This document shows positions 28,090 through 36,045 of a DNA stretch of 64,000 nucleotides, one piece after another; the first letter of the stretch is position 1, and the number at the start of each line of letters is the position of its first letter. Made by a program: the position numbers and the translations under genes. A model generated the notes under the pieces. The model was not told the origin of the DNA, made no database searches, and was given only the letters and a program-made list of their open reading frames with translations. This DNA comes from Alphaproteobacteria bacterium GM7ARS4 (GTDB taxonomy: Bacteria; Pseudomonadota; Alphaproteobacteria; GM7ARS4), in contig JACONL010000002.1 of NCBI GenBank assembly GCA_014332745.1, positions 82,919 to 146,918 of the forward strand. The letters run 5' to 3'.

Positions 28090-28629
28090 ATGTATCTATT
28101 GGACTCCTACTTTAGGTTTAACAAGCTCGATGTTCATATTTATGATGCCAGCAAACATAGGAAGGATGTGAACATATTCAAAATTGTGAAGAAGAATTAC
28201 GGCGATGAAAAGCAATTTGACATTGATATTGTCGTCAAAAACGTGAGGAAGGAGGATAAAAAATACTTCCTCATATCATGTAAGGGGAGTGCCAGGGAAG
28301 GGATAGGGCAATATCTGTCGAATCTTTTCTTAATGGATGACCGATTGATAAAGGCAAAATACAGGGATAGCTATTATTTGGAATTCGCACGGAAGGGGGT
28401 GAAAATCAAATATGCCTTTGTTTGTTATGATTGGGGCAAAACGAAAGACTTCCTAAAATACACGAAAACAGGGAAGGAAAGGGAGACGTTGAAAAGCACA
28501 GAGATTCTCCTTATCAATGACGAGAATTACATCAGTGGTGGGATTGCTGTGCTTAACAATCATGAAAACCTTGATGGTGTTGTCAATTTTGGCACATTGG
28601 CGGCGAGAATCGCCCAGTTTCTCAACTGA
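28090..28629 (+). CDS. Hypothetical Lys-rich protein in an AT-rich single-gene islet; no family assignable
   Basis: 180-aa ORF whose DNA is about 38-40% GC against about 56% on both sides. The high-GC 5' part of track ORF 27886-28629 is unlikely to be coding, so the start is taken at MYLLDSY. Contains FDIDIVVKN...KYFLISCKGSAREG, loosely reminiscent of PD-(D/E)xK/NERD/Mrr-like nuclease cores (speculative). Confidence 0.45.
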   Translation: MYLLDSYFRFNKLDVHIYDASKHRKDVNIFKIVKKNYGDEKQFDIDIVVKNVRKEDKKYFLISCKGSAREGIGQYLSNLFLMDDRLIKAKYRDSYYLEFARKGVKIKYAFVCYDWGKTKDFLKYTKTGKERETLKSTEILLINDENYISGGIAVLNNHENLDGVVNFGTLAARIAQFLN

Positions 28630-28951
28630 CAGCTTTGAGGGCGGATTGTGTGTTGTCTTCATAGTGGAAGAGGGCGTCTAAGCCAGCCACGCGAAAGACG
28701 TCACGCACCTCAGCATTGATGGCACAAAGGATGAATTGTTTGGGGGTTGTCCCTTTCTGTTGTGCCATGAGGAGGACGCGCAAGCCCGCACTCGTGATGA
28801 ATGGCATCGCATGGCCATCTAAGATGACGGCATCGGCATCCTCGAAGAGCGGAAGCAACTGCTCTTGTAAGTCTTGGGCGTTATGGGAGTCGACGCTGTC
28901 TTGTGGCGCAACGACTACAGTGCGGCCATGGGGTGTGATGGTGATGTCCAT
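28622..28951 (-). CDS. STAS-domain anti-sigma-factor antagonist (SpoIIAA/RsbV/BtrV-like)
   Basis: 109 aa with the STAS pattern (LDGHAMPFITSAGLRVLLMAQQKG...ILCAINAEVRDVFRVAGLDALF). Lies immediately downstream of and co-oriented with the ECF sigma gene. Confidence 0.7.
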   Translation of the reverse strand: MDITITPHGRTVVVAPQDSVDSHNAQDLQEQLLPLFEDADAVILDGHAMPFITSAGLRVLLMAQQKGTTPKQFILCAINAEVRDVFRVAGLDALFHYEDNTQSALKAVS

Positions 28952-28981
28952 AAAATGATATGTGATGATACGTTCTATGGG

Positions 28982-29839
28982 TTATGACCGAGCGATGATG
29001 GAGCTTGTGCGGGCATGGAGGGGGGCGGTATGTCCCGCCTCATGACCTTGTGGTGTGGGGGCGCGGTATGGGCGCACCGAACGTTGGAATGTGCGCGCTG
29101 CCTCAGTGGCGTGCGTCGAGACGTCATGCTGTTTGGGGGAACGAAGGCGCTTATAGAGCGCGCTCTCTTTGCGTCTCATGAGAGAGACGCCACTCTCTAA
29201 CGATTTGCTGTTCATTTTGCGTTTGAGCTGGGAACGGGCTCTCGACAGGCGCGAACGCACCGTGCCAACGGAAATCCCCAACTGCGTGCTAATATCCTCG
29301 TAGGAATGTTCTTCCACGACCATCTTGAGGACGGAACGCAATTTATGGGGAAGGCTATCGATGGAGAGATCGACTTGGCTGATATGTTCCTTATTCTCGG
29401 TGTCTTGCTCGGGCGTATTCTCTTTTGACGGCGTGTTGATAAGAATATCCGTATCGACGAATTGGTAGCGAAAACTGGGAGAGCGGTGAACATAGTTGCG
29501 TATGATGTTGCGGGCAATGCCGAAGAGCCATGTAGAGGGCGCGGAGTCGCCACGAAATTTATGGTAGGCGCGCGTCGCCTCCACACACGTGCTCTGAAAT
29601 AAATCCTCTGTAAAGTCAGGATATTTGATATTGCGGGCAATAAAATGGTGCAATTTATCCTTATTCTTGGCGATGAGCTTCTCTAACTCAACGATGTTTT
29701 TGATGGGCGCATGGAGGGGGGGTGTTTGGGGCGATGTGCCGTTGTGAGGAGAGGCATAATGGGCGGTGGTGTGAGACGTGGTATGAGACGTGGTGTGAGA
29801 CGTGGTGACGGGCGGGCTATGGGGTATCTCTTGCGACAT
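28982..29839 (-). CDS. ECF-type RNA polymerase sigma factor with N-terminal (TSHT)n repeat and ~90-aa basic C-terminal extension
   Basis: Sigma-2 region (LFQSTCVEATRAYHKFRGDSAPSTWLFGIARNIIRNYVHR) and sigma-4 HTH (EEHSYEDISTQLGISVGTVRSRLSRARSQLKRKM), followed by a basic low-complexity tail. Confidence 0.8.
   Translation of the reverse strand: MSQEIPHSPPVTTSHTTSHTTSHTTAHYASPHNGTSPQTPPLHAPIKNIVELEKLIAKNKDKLHHFIARNIKYPDFTEDLFQSTCVEATRAYHKFRGDSAPSTWLFGIARNIIRNYVHRSPSFRYQFVDTDILINTPSKENTPEQDTENKEHISQVDLSIDSLPHKLRSVLKMVVEEHSYEDISTQLGISVGTVRSRLSRARSQLKRKMNSKSLESGVSLMRRKESALYKRLRSPKQHDVSTHATEAARTFQRSVRPYRAPTPQGHEAGHTAPLHARTSSIIARS
29768..29803. repeat. 3 x 12-nt tandem repeat (ggtgtgagacgt) inside the 5' end of the ECF sigma gene
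   Basis: Units ggtgtgagacgt / ggtatgagacgt / ggtgtgagacgt plus a partial fourth. They encode TSHT-TSHT-TSHT on the minus strand and keep the frame. Confidence 0.7.
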
Positions 29840-30031
29840 GGTCTTTTTCTCCTCGTTGGGACTCGGTTATTCAACGTTCATCCACAGATTTATCCACAGA
29901 TGGATATATGATATGTTCCCTATGGCACGAGAAGGCAAAGCAATATAGGTTGAGAGAGGGTTAATATCCTGTTATGGTATGGCGCATGGCGTAAAAACGG
30001 GTGTTTTTTGCTCCATAATGGACGAAATCGT

Positions 30032-30352
30032 CTATGGTGTCTCTTTGTCGTCGTTGAGACGTTGGAGCAAGGCGTGGCTCATGCGGAAGCGGACGGAGCG
30101 TTTTGGCGCTACGGGGACGGTTTCTCCGGTTTTAGGGTTGCGTCCGATACGCGCTTTTTGCTGTTTGGTGTAGAGGGTGCCAAATCCACGAATTTCCATG
30201 TGCCTTCCTTGTTCTAGGGCGTCTGCGATATGGTCGAAAATATGGTCTAGGTATATGCTTGTTTTTTTGCGGGTAAATCTTTTCCCGTCTTTCTTTTTAT
30301 GGCGCCGATAGAGTTCCTCGATGATGTCGGATTTTTTTATCGATGTCGTCAT
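30032..30352 (-). CDS. Integration host factor subunit (IHF/HU family)
   Basis: 106 aa with the IHF signature (EIRGFGTLYTKQQKARIGRNPKTGETVPVAPKRSVRFRMSHAL). Confidence 0.8.
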   Translation of the reverse strand: MTTSIKKSDIIEELYRRHKKKDGKRFTRKKTSIYLDHIFDHIADALEQGRHMEIRGFGTLYTKQQKARIGRNPKTGETVPVAPKRSVRFRMSHALLQRLNDDKETP

Positions 30353-30507
30353 GAGAGGGGCGGGGGCGGGGTGGGGTATGATGGGCGTCGTGTGAGAGGA
30401 GGGCTCATGTCACGGCTGAGCATGGTGCGTGACGGGAGTGTGTGGTAGGATAAGACATGGGGTTATCTTATGGCAATCATCTTATGTTTTTAGAGGCGTG
30501 ATGACGT

Positions 30508-31530
30508 ATGGAGAAGAGGTCGGTTACGGTTATCAGTGGTTTTTTGGGGGCGGGCAAGACGAGTATCATACGTCACTGGCTTCAGACGTCGCCAGAGCCT
30601 TTTGCGTTGCTTATCAACGAGTTTGGCGCATGCGATGTGGATGGTGAGATTTTACGTTCTTCTCAAAAGACGAACGGGCGTGACGCCTATCCTATTATCA
30701 CGTTAGACAATGGGTGTCTTTGTTGCACGGTGGCACAGGATTTTTTGCCAGCGATGGCAACATTGGCGGGCATGGCGCATGCGCCTCACCATATCGTTAT
30801 CGAGACATCTGGTCTCTCTCTTCCTCAGCCCCTCATCGATGCCTTTTACTGGGAGGCTATACGTTCGCGTTTTGTGATGAATGGGTTCATCACCGTCATC
30901 GATGCCCCAGCCTATCAGCGCGGTTCTTTTGCTGACAACCCTCAACAGGTAGAAGAGCAAAGGAATGCCATAGGCTCACGCCATGCGACCCCTATCGAGA
31001 CCCTCATGCAAGACCAATGTGATGCGGCGGATATGGTGCTTATCAATAAGGCAGACCTCCTCACCATGCAGGAGTACACGCCATTGGAGGCGATGGTGAG
31101 AGAGCGTCTGGGGAGGGATCTGCCGATCATTCGTTGTTGTCATGCGCGTTGTCCTTGGCATGTGGCGTTAGGAGAACGCCATGCCATGCGCACCCAGCAT
31201 ACGATATCACCTAAAGACGCCCATGCGCATGGCGACCATCATGACCATGACCATGATGCTTTCCGTAGTATTGTGTGCTCTTTACCTGTCATGGCCAGTG
31301 AAGACCAAGCATTAACCCATGCCCGTGACGTGTTATGTCGTTCTGATGTCTATCGGGTTAAGGGTTTCATGGCGGTGGAGGCAAAGGCGAGGCGTCTTGT
31401 GGTGCAAGGCGTTGGCGACAGGCTAGAGCACTATTATGACCGCCCTTGGCGCGAGGACGAGGACCGCCTCTCTTCCCTTGTCGTCATAGGGGGGCGTTCC
31501 CTCAGTGAGTCTCTCTGTGGCGGGGGATGA
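30508..31530 (+). CDS. cobW: CobW/COG0523 G3E-family GTPase metallochaperone
   Basis: P-loop GFLGAGKTS, CxCC metal motif (GCLCCTV), and a His-rich stretch (HAHGDHHDHDHD). Sits directly upstream of cobN. Confidence 0.8.
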   Translation: MEKRSVTVISGFLGAGKTSIIRHWLQTSPEPFALLINEFGACDVDGEILRSSQKTNGRDAYPIITLDNGCLCCTVAQDFLPAMATLAGMAHAPHHIVIETSGLSLPQPLIDAFYWEAIRSRFVMNGFITVIDAPAYQRGSFADNPQQVEEQRNAIGSRHATPIETLMQDQCDAADMVLINKADLLTMQEYTPLEAMVRERLGRDLPIIRCCHARCPWHVALGERHAMRTQHTISPKDAHAHGDHHDHDHDAFRSIVCSLPVMASEDQALTHARDVLCRSDVYRVKGFMAVEAKARRLVVQGVGDRLEHYYDRPWREDEDRLSSLVVIGGRSLSESLCGGG

Positions 31531-31565
31531 TGAAGGGGTTCATGATGCTGGTGGCGTAGGACGCT

Positions 31566-34500
31566 ATGCATATTTTGCAAGGCACAGATGTCCCTATAGG
31601 GCAACAGGATGCGGTGGATTTAGGCCAGACGCCGGCGGATATTCTCTTTTTGTCTATGGCCGATAGCGAGCTCTGTTGTCTTGCCCAAGCGCGTGCGCAA
31701 AGAGCGCGTCAGGGTATGGATATGCGCGTGCGTGTTGCCCATGTGGGCTCTCTACAGCATCCCCTCTCTGTGGATACTTATGTGGCGAAGACGGCGCGTC
31801 ATGCGCGTCTCATCATAGTCCGTTTATTAGGGGGGCGTGATTATTGGCGTTATGGGGTCGAGCGTTTGGCGGCGCTTCACAGGGAGCATGGGGTCGATGT
31901 TGTCTTCATGTCGGGGACAGAGCATGTGGATGATACGTTGCGCGAGCTTTCTTCTGTCGAGGGTGATGTGTGGGAGAGGATATGGGACTATTGTCGCTAT
32001 GGCGGTGTCATGAACATGGAGAATCTCCTTTTGTATCTACAGGACAGATTTTTGCGCCATCGTCAAGGCGCGCGCAAGACGTATCCTTATGGCGAGGCAA
32101 AACCCGTCCCACGCGCAGGCCTCTTTAGAGGGGGCAAGACGCGTGTTTATGGCCTATCTCAGTGGGACAAGGCATGTGTGGGCGATGTGCGCCACCCAAA
32201 GATTGTTATCCTTTGTTATCGAGCCTTATGGTTGTCGGCAGATGATGCGCCTATCGAGGCTCTTCAAGAGGCATTGACACGACATGGCTTTTCTTCTCTT
32301 GCCGTGTTTGTCGCCAGTTTGCGCGATGGGGAGTCGTCTCGCATGGTTGATGCTGTCTTAGGGGAGGTGACACCCAAGGCGCTCATCGACCTCACCTCTT
32401 TTGCATCGAGACATGAGGGGGGCATGGATGATTGTGCGCGTTGGGCGTCTTTGGGTTTCGATGGCGTTGTCTTTCAAGGCATGCTTGCGAGCTGTTCCTT
32501 TGATGAATGGCGTAAGAGCACACGTGGTGTGCCACCACGGGATGTGGTGATGAACGTAGCATTGCCTGAGATGGATGGACGGCTGATCACGCGTCCCTTA
32601 TCTTTCAAGGATAGGGTGGATTTTGACGATGGGGTGGAAGCGCCCCTTGTGAAGCATGCGCCTGTTCCTGACAGAATCGATTTCCTCTGTTCTCTCGTCA
32701 AGCGTTTTTATGTTTTGGCGACAAAACGTCCGCATGAGAGACGTCTGGCGCTCATCTTGGCGCACTATCCCCATGGGGATGGGCGTATTGGCAATGGCGT
32801 CGGTTTGGATACGCCTCGTTCCCTGTGGCGGCTATTGCATACGTTGGCACAAGAAGGCTATGACGTGCGCGACATTCCTGAGGATAGTGAGACATTGATG
32901 CGGCATATTCGCTCAGGTGTGACGAGCCATTGGCGGACATGTGAGAGCAAGGATGTGGAATGTCGTTTGGGGGCAGAGGCGTATGGCGTGATATGGAATG
33001 CTCTTCCCATGTCTGTGCGTGAGGCGATAGGCGCGCGTTGGGGGCGTATGGAGGATGACCCTTTTTTCCACGAGGGGGAGCGGTGCTTTTTATTGCCAGT
33101 ACGTCGTTTTGGCGCTGTGTGTGTCGTTGTCCAACCAGCGAGGGGCTATCATATCGACGCGGCGTCATCTTATCATGATCCAGCATTGGTGCCTCCCCAT
33201 AACTATGTGGCGGTGTATGGTTGGCTTGCCCGCTATGACGCTGTGGATGGTGTCATTCATCTTGGCAAGCATGGCACGTTGGAATGGCTTCCGGGCAAAG
33301 GCGTCGGTTTATCGAGCGCATGTTATCCTGAGGCTCTTTTTGGGGCGATGCCGAATGTCTATCCTTTCATTGTCAATGACCCGGGTGAGGGGATACAGGC
33401 GAAGAGACGCGCCCAAGCGACCATCATCGACCATATGACGCCTCCTATGGCGCGTGCGGGGCTTTATGGATTCTTGAGCAGTCTAGAGGCATTGAGCGAA
33501 GAGTATGCCCATGCGTGCGCCCTCGACCCCGAACGCTTACCAGCATTGAAACGCGAGATGGTGGCCTTAGCACAGCGTCACGGCATCGACAAGGATATGG
33601 GAACAGAGCCATCATCCCAAGATTTTGTGGCGTCATTGGACAATCACCTCTGTGTCATTAAGGAGAGCCAGATACGTGACGGCTTGCATGTTTTTGGCAC
33701 GGCTGTGGAAGAACGCGCCATGGCGTCGACGCTTGTGGCCTTATTGCGCTTTCCTCGAGGCGAGGGTGAAGGCGAGAATTCTCTTTTACGCGCCTTGAGC
33801 GAAGATATGGGATTTGGCGATTGTGATGCTTTTGACCCTTTATCCTGTGCGCTAGGCGCTCCCTATGAAGGACGCCATAAGGAGGGAGAGGGGGAGGGAG
33901 AGGCTGGCGTCCAGCAAGGGTATAGATGGCGGGTGCAGGGGGATGTCGTGGCCTTTTTAGAGGAAGAAGCCCATGCCTTACTGGCGGGGACGAAGGAGGC
34001 AAAGGCGTCATGGCACAAGACTCGGGCGGTTTTACGCTATGGCGAGAGCGTGCGCGCCATCTTGCGGCGCAATGGTCATGCGGAGCGTTTAGGCTTATTG
34101 CGCGCCATAGGAGGCAAGTCTGTGGCAGCTGGCGCATCGGGCGCGCCGACAAAGGGGCGTTTGGATGTCTTTCCTATGGGAAGAAATTTTTATGCCATTG
34201 ATATGAGGGGTATGCCATCGCCTTCAGCCTATCGTTTAGGCAAGGAGTCGGCAGAGCAGTTTTTCGAGGATTATTGCCAGCGCTATGGCGACCCGCCACA
34301 GCGGGTCGCCATGTCTGTATGGGCGACATCTAATATGCGCACCTATGGCCATGATATAGGACAGGCGCTTGCTCTTATGGGGGTTGAGCCATGGTGGGAT
34401 GTGGGGTCGCAACGTGTGCGCGGTGTGAAAGTCATCCCGCTCAGTGTTTTAGGCAGGCAGAGGGTCGATGTCCTGTTGCGTGTGTCTGGTTTATTTCGTG

Positions 34501-35342
34501 ATTCATTTCCCCATGTCATGGACTTATATGCGTCGGCGGTGGCACAGATTGCCGATATAACGGATGAAGGCGCGTCTGATAATCCTTTGCGCGCTTGGGC
34601 GTTGCGTGATGAGCGTGTGTGGCGGTCTCGTGGTATGGGTGAAGCGCAAGCGAAGGCGCATGCGCGTCTACGTCTTTTTGGTTCGATGCCTGGCGCCTAT
34701 GGCGCAGGGATGCAAGCCCTTATTGATGAGGGGGGATGGCATGGGGACAAGGATTTTGCTGATGCCTTTGTGGCGTGGGGGGGGTATGGCTATGGGGGAG
34801 CGTTCCATGGCGAGGATGTGGCAGAAGTCATGCGTCATTGTCTCACATCTGTGCAAGCGGTCTTACATAACCAAGACAATAGTGAGCATGACATTTTAGA
34901 TTCCGATGACTATTATCAATTTCAAGGGGGGATGGCGGCAACGGTGCGTTATCTATCGGGGAAACAGCCACATCTGTATCACCATCATTATGGCAATCCC
35001 TATCGCAAGAGGGTTGTTCCTTTACAAGAGGAGATAGGGCGCGTCATACGGGCGCGGGCAGCAAATCCACAATGGATAAAGGCGATGATGCGCCATGGGT
35101 ATAAGGGCGCTTTTGAGTTGGCAGCGACGGTTGATTATCTCTTTGCGTTTGCTGCGACGGCGCGGGTTGTGGAAGACCATCATTTCGATGCGCTCTACGA
35201 AGCCTATCTGTTAGATGAGGATGTCGTGGCATTCATGCGCCGCGCTAATCCCCATGCGTTACAAGAGATGGCGCGCCGTTTTCGTGAAGCGCAAGAGAGG
35301 GGATTATGGAACAGCAAACGCAATGATGTGGGTATGGTGTGA
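31566..35342 (+). CDS. cobN: Cobaltochelatase subunit CobN (aerobic cobalamin pathway)
   Basis: 1258 aa, CobN/Mg-chelatase H-subunit-sized, flanked by cobW and cobO. Confidence 0.9.
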   Translation: MHILQGTDVPIGQQDAVDLGQTPADILFLSMADSELCCLAQARAQRARQGMDMRVRVAHVGSLQHPLSVDTYVAKTARHARLIIVRLLGGRDYWRYGVERLAALHREHGVDVVFMSGTEHVDDTLRELSSVEGDVWERIWDYCRYGGVMNMENLLLYLQDRFLRHRQGARKTYPYGEAKPVPRAGLFRGGKTRVYGLSQWDKACVGDVRHPKIVILCYRALWLSADDAPIEALQEALTRHGFSSLAVFVASLRDGESSRMVDAVLGEVTPKALIDLTSFASRHEGGMDDCARWASLGFDGVVFQGMLASCSFDEWRKSTRGVPPRDVVMNVALPEMDGRLITRPLSFKDRVDFDDGVEAPLVKHAPVPDRIDFLCSLVKRFYVLATKRPHERRLALILAHYPHGDGRIGNGVGLDTPRSLWRLLHTLAQEGYDVRDIPEDSETLMRHIRSGVTSHWRTCESKDVECRLGAEAYGVIWNALPMSVREAIGARWGRMEDDPFFHEGERCFLLPVRRFGAVCVVVQPARGYHIDAASSYHDPALVPPHNYVAVYGWLARYDAVDGVIHLGKHGTLEWLPGKGVGLSSACYPEALFGAMPNVYPFIVNDPGEGIQAKRRAQATIIDHMTPPMARAGLYGFLSSLEALSEEYAHACALDPERLPALKREMVALAQRHGIDKDMGTEPSSQDFVASLDNHLCVIKESQIRDGLHVFGTAVEERAMASTLVALLRFPRGEGEGENSLLRALSEDMGFGDCDAFDPLSCALGAPYEGRHKEGEGEGEAGVQQGYRWRVQGDVVAFLEEEAHALLAGTKEAKASWHKTRAVLRYGESVRAILRRNGHAERLGLLRAIGGKSVAAGASGAPTKGRLDVFPMGRNFYAIDMRGMPSPSAYRLGKESAEQFFEDYCQRYGDPPQRVAMSVWATSNMRTYGHDIGQALALMGVEPWWDVGSQRVRGVKVIPLSVLGRQRVDVLLRVSGLFRDSFPHVMDLYASAVAQIADITDEGASDNPLRAWALRDERVWRSRGMGEAQAKAHARLRLFGSMPGAYGAGMQALIDEGGWHGDKDFADAFVAWGGYGYGGAFHGEDVAEVMRHCLTSVQAVLHNQDNSEHDILDSDDYYQFQGGMAATVRYLSGKQPHLYHHHYGNPYRKRVVPLQEEIGRVIRARAANPQWIKAMMRHGYKGAFELAATVDYLFAFAATARVVEDHHFDALYEAYLLDEDVVAFMRRANPHALQEMARRFREAQERGLWNSKRNDVGMV

Positions 35343-35382
35343 GACAATATGACTCGTGGAGATATGTTTGTGGGAGAAGAGC

Positions 35383-36045
35383 ATGGGAGAGCAGAAGGCG
35401 TATCAAGAAAGTGAAGAAGAGCGCAATGCGCGCGCTAACCGCAAGGCAGCGTTGCGCAAGGCGGCACAGGATAAGGAACTCTCGACCAAGACGATGGCGC
35501 GGCGCGGCGTTTTGCTTGTCTATACGGGCAATGGCAAGGGTAAGACAACGGCAGCCTTGGGGTTGGCGTTGCGCGCCTTAGGGCAGGGCATGGGCGTTGC
35601 GGTTGTGCAATTCACCAAAGGGCGATGGCGCACTGGTGAGCGCCGATTCTTCCAAGACATGACATCGTCCCATAAGGGGAAGCTCTTATTTAAGAGCATG
35701 GGCGATGGCTTTACGTGGGAGACCCAAGATAGGGCAGCCGATATACGCGCCGCCGAGAGGGCATGGAAGCAAGTAGAGACGGTGTTGCAGGAAGCGCGCG
35801 ACGATAAGACAACGTGGCAGATGTTAATACTGGACGAACTCAATTCCATTCTACGCTATGGCTATTTATCCATAGAGCATGTGTGCGCCGTGCTACGCGC
35901 CCGCCCGTCCCATCTCCATGTTGTTGTCACGGGGAGAAACGCTGATGCGCGCCTTATGGAGCTCGCTGACACGGTGACAGAGATGAAGAATATCAAACAT
36001 GCCTATCAAGCAGGCATGCGCGCCCAATCTGGCATTGAATTTTAG
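35383..36045 (+). CDS. cobO: Cob(I)yrinic acid a,c-diamide adenosyltransferase (CobO/BtuR)
   Basis: VYTGNGKGKTTAALGLALRALGQGMGVAVVQFTKG is colinear with E. coli BtuR. The start at MGEQKAY follows the cobN stop; the track ORF begins at 35356. Confidence 0.85.
   Translation: MGEQKAYQESEEERNARANRKAALRKAAQDKELSTKTMARRGVLLVYTGNGKGKTTAALGLALRALGQGMGVAVVQFTKGRWRTGERRFFQDMTSSHKGKLLFKSMGDGFTWETQDRAADIRAAERAWKQVETVLQEARDDKTTWQMLILDELNSILRYGYLSIEHVCAVLRARPSHLHVVVTGRNADARLMELADTVTEMKNIKHAYQAGMRAQSGIEF

Noticed and set aside
30353-30507. Possible cobalamin riboswitch upstream of cobW (and 39948-40057 upstream of cobQ)
   Set aside because: No B12-box (AGYCMGgAgaCCkGCC-like) or conserved GCCACTG core was seen, and the gaps (about 155 and 110 nt) are short for the about 200-nt aptamer. 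A covariance-model scan would be definitive.
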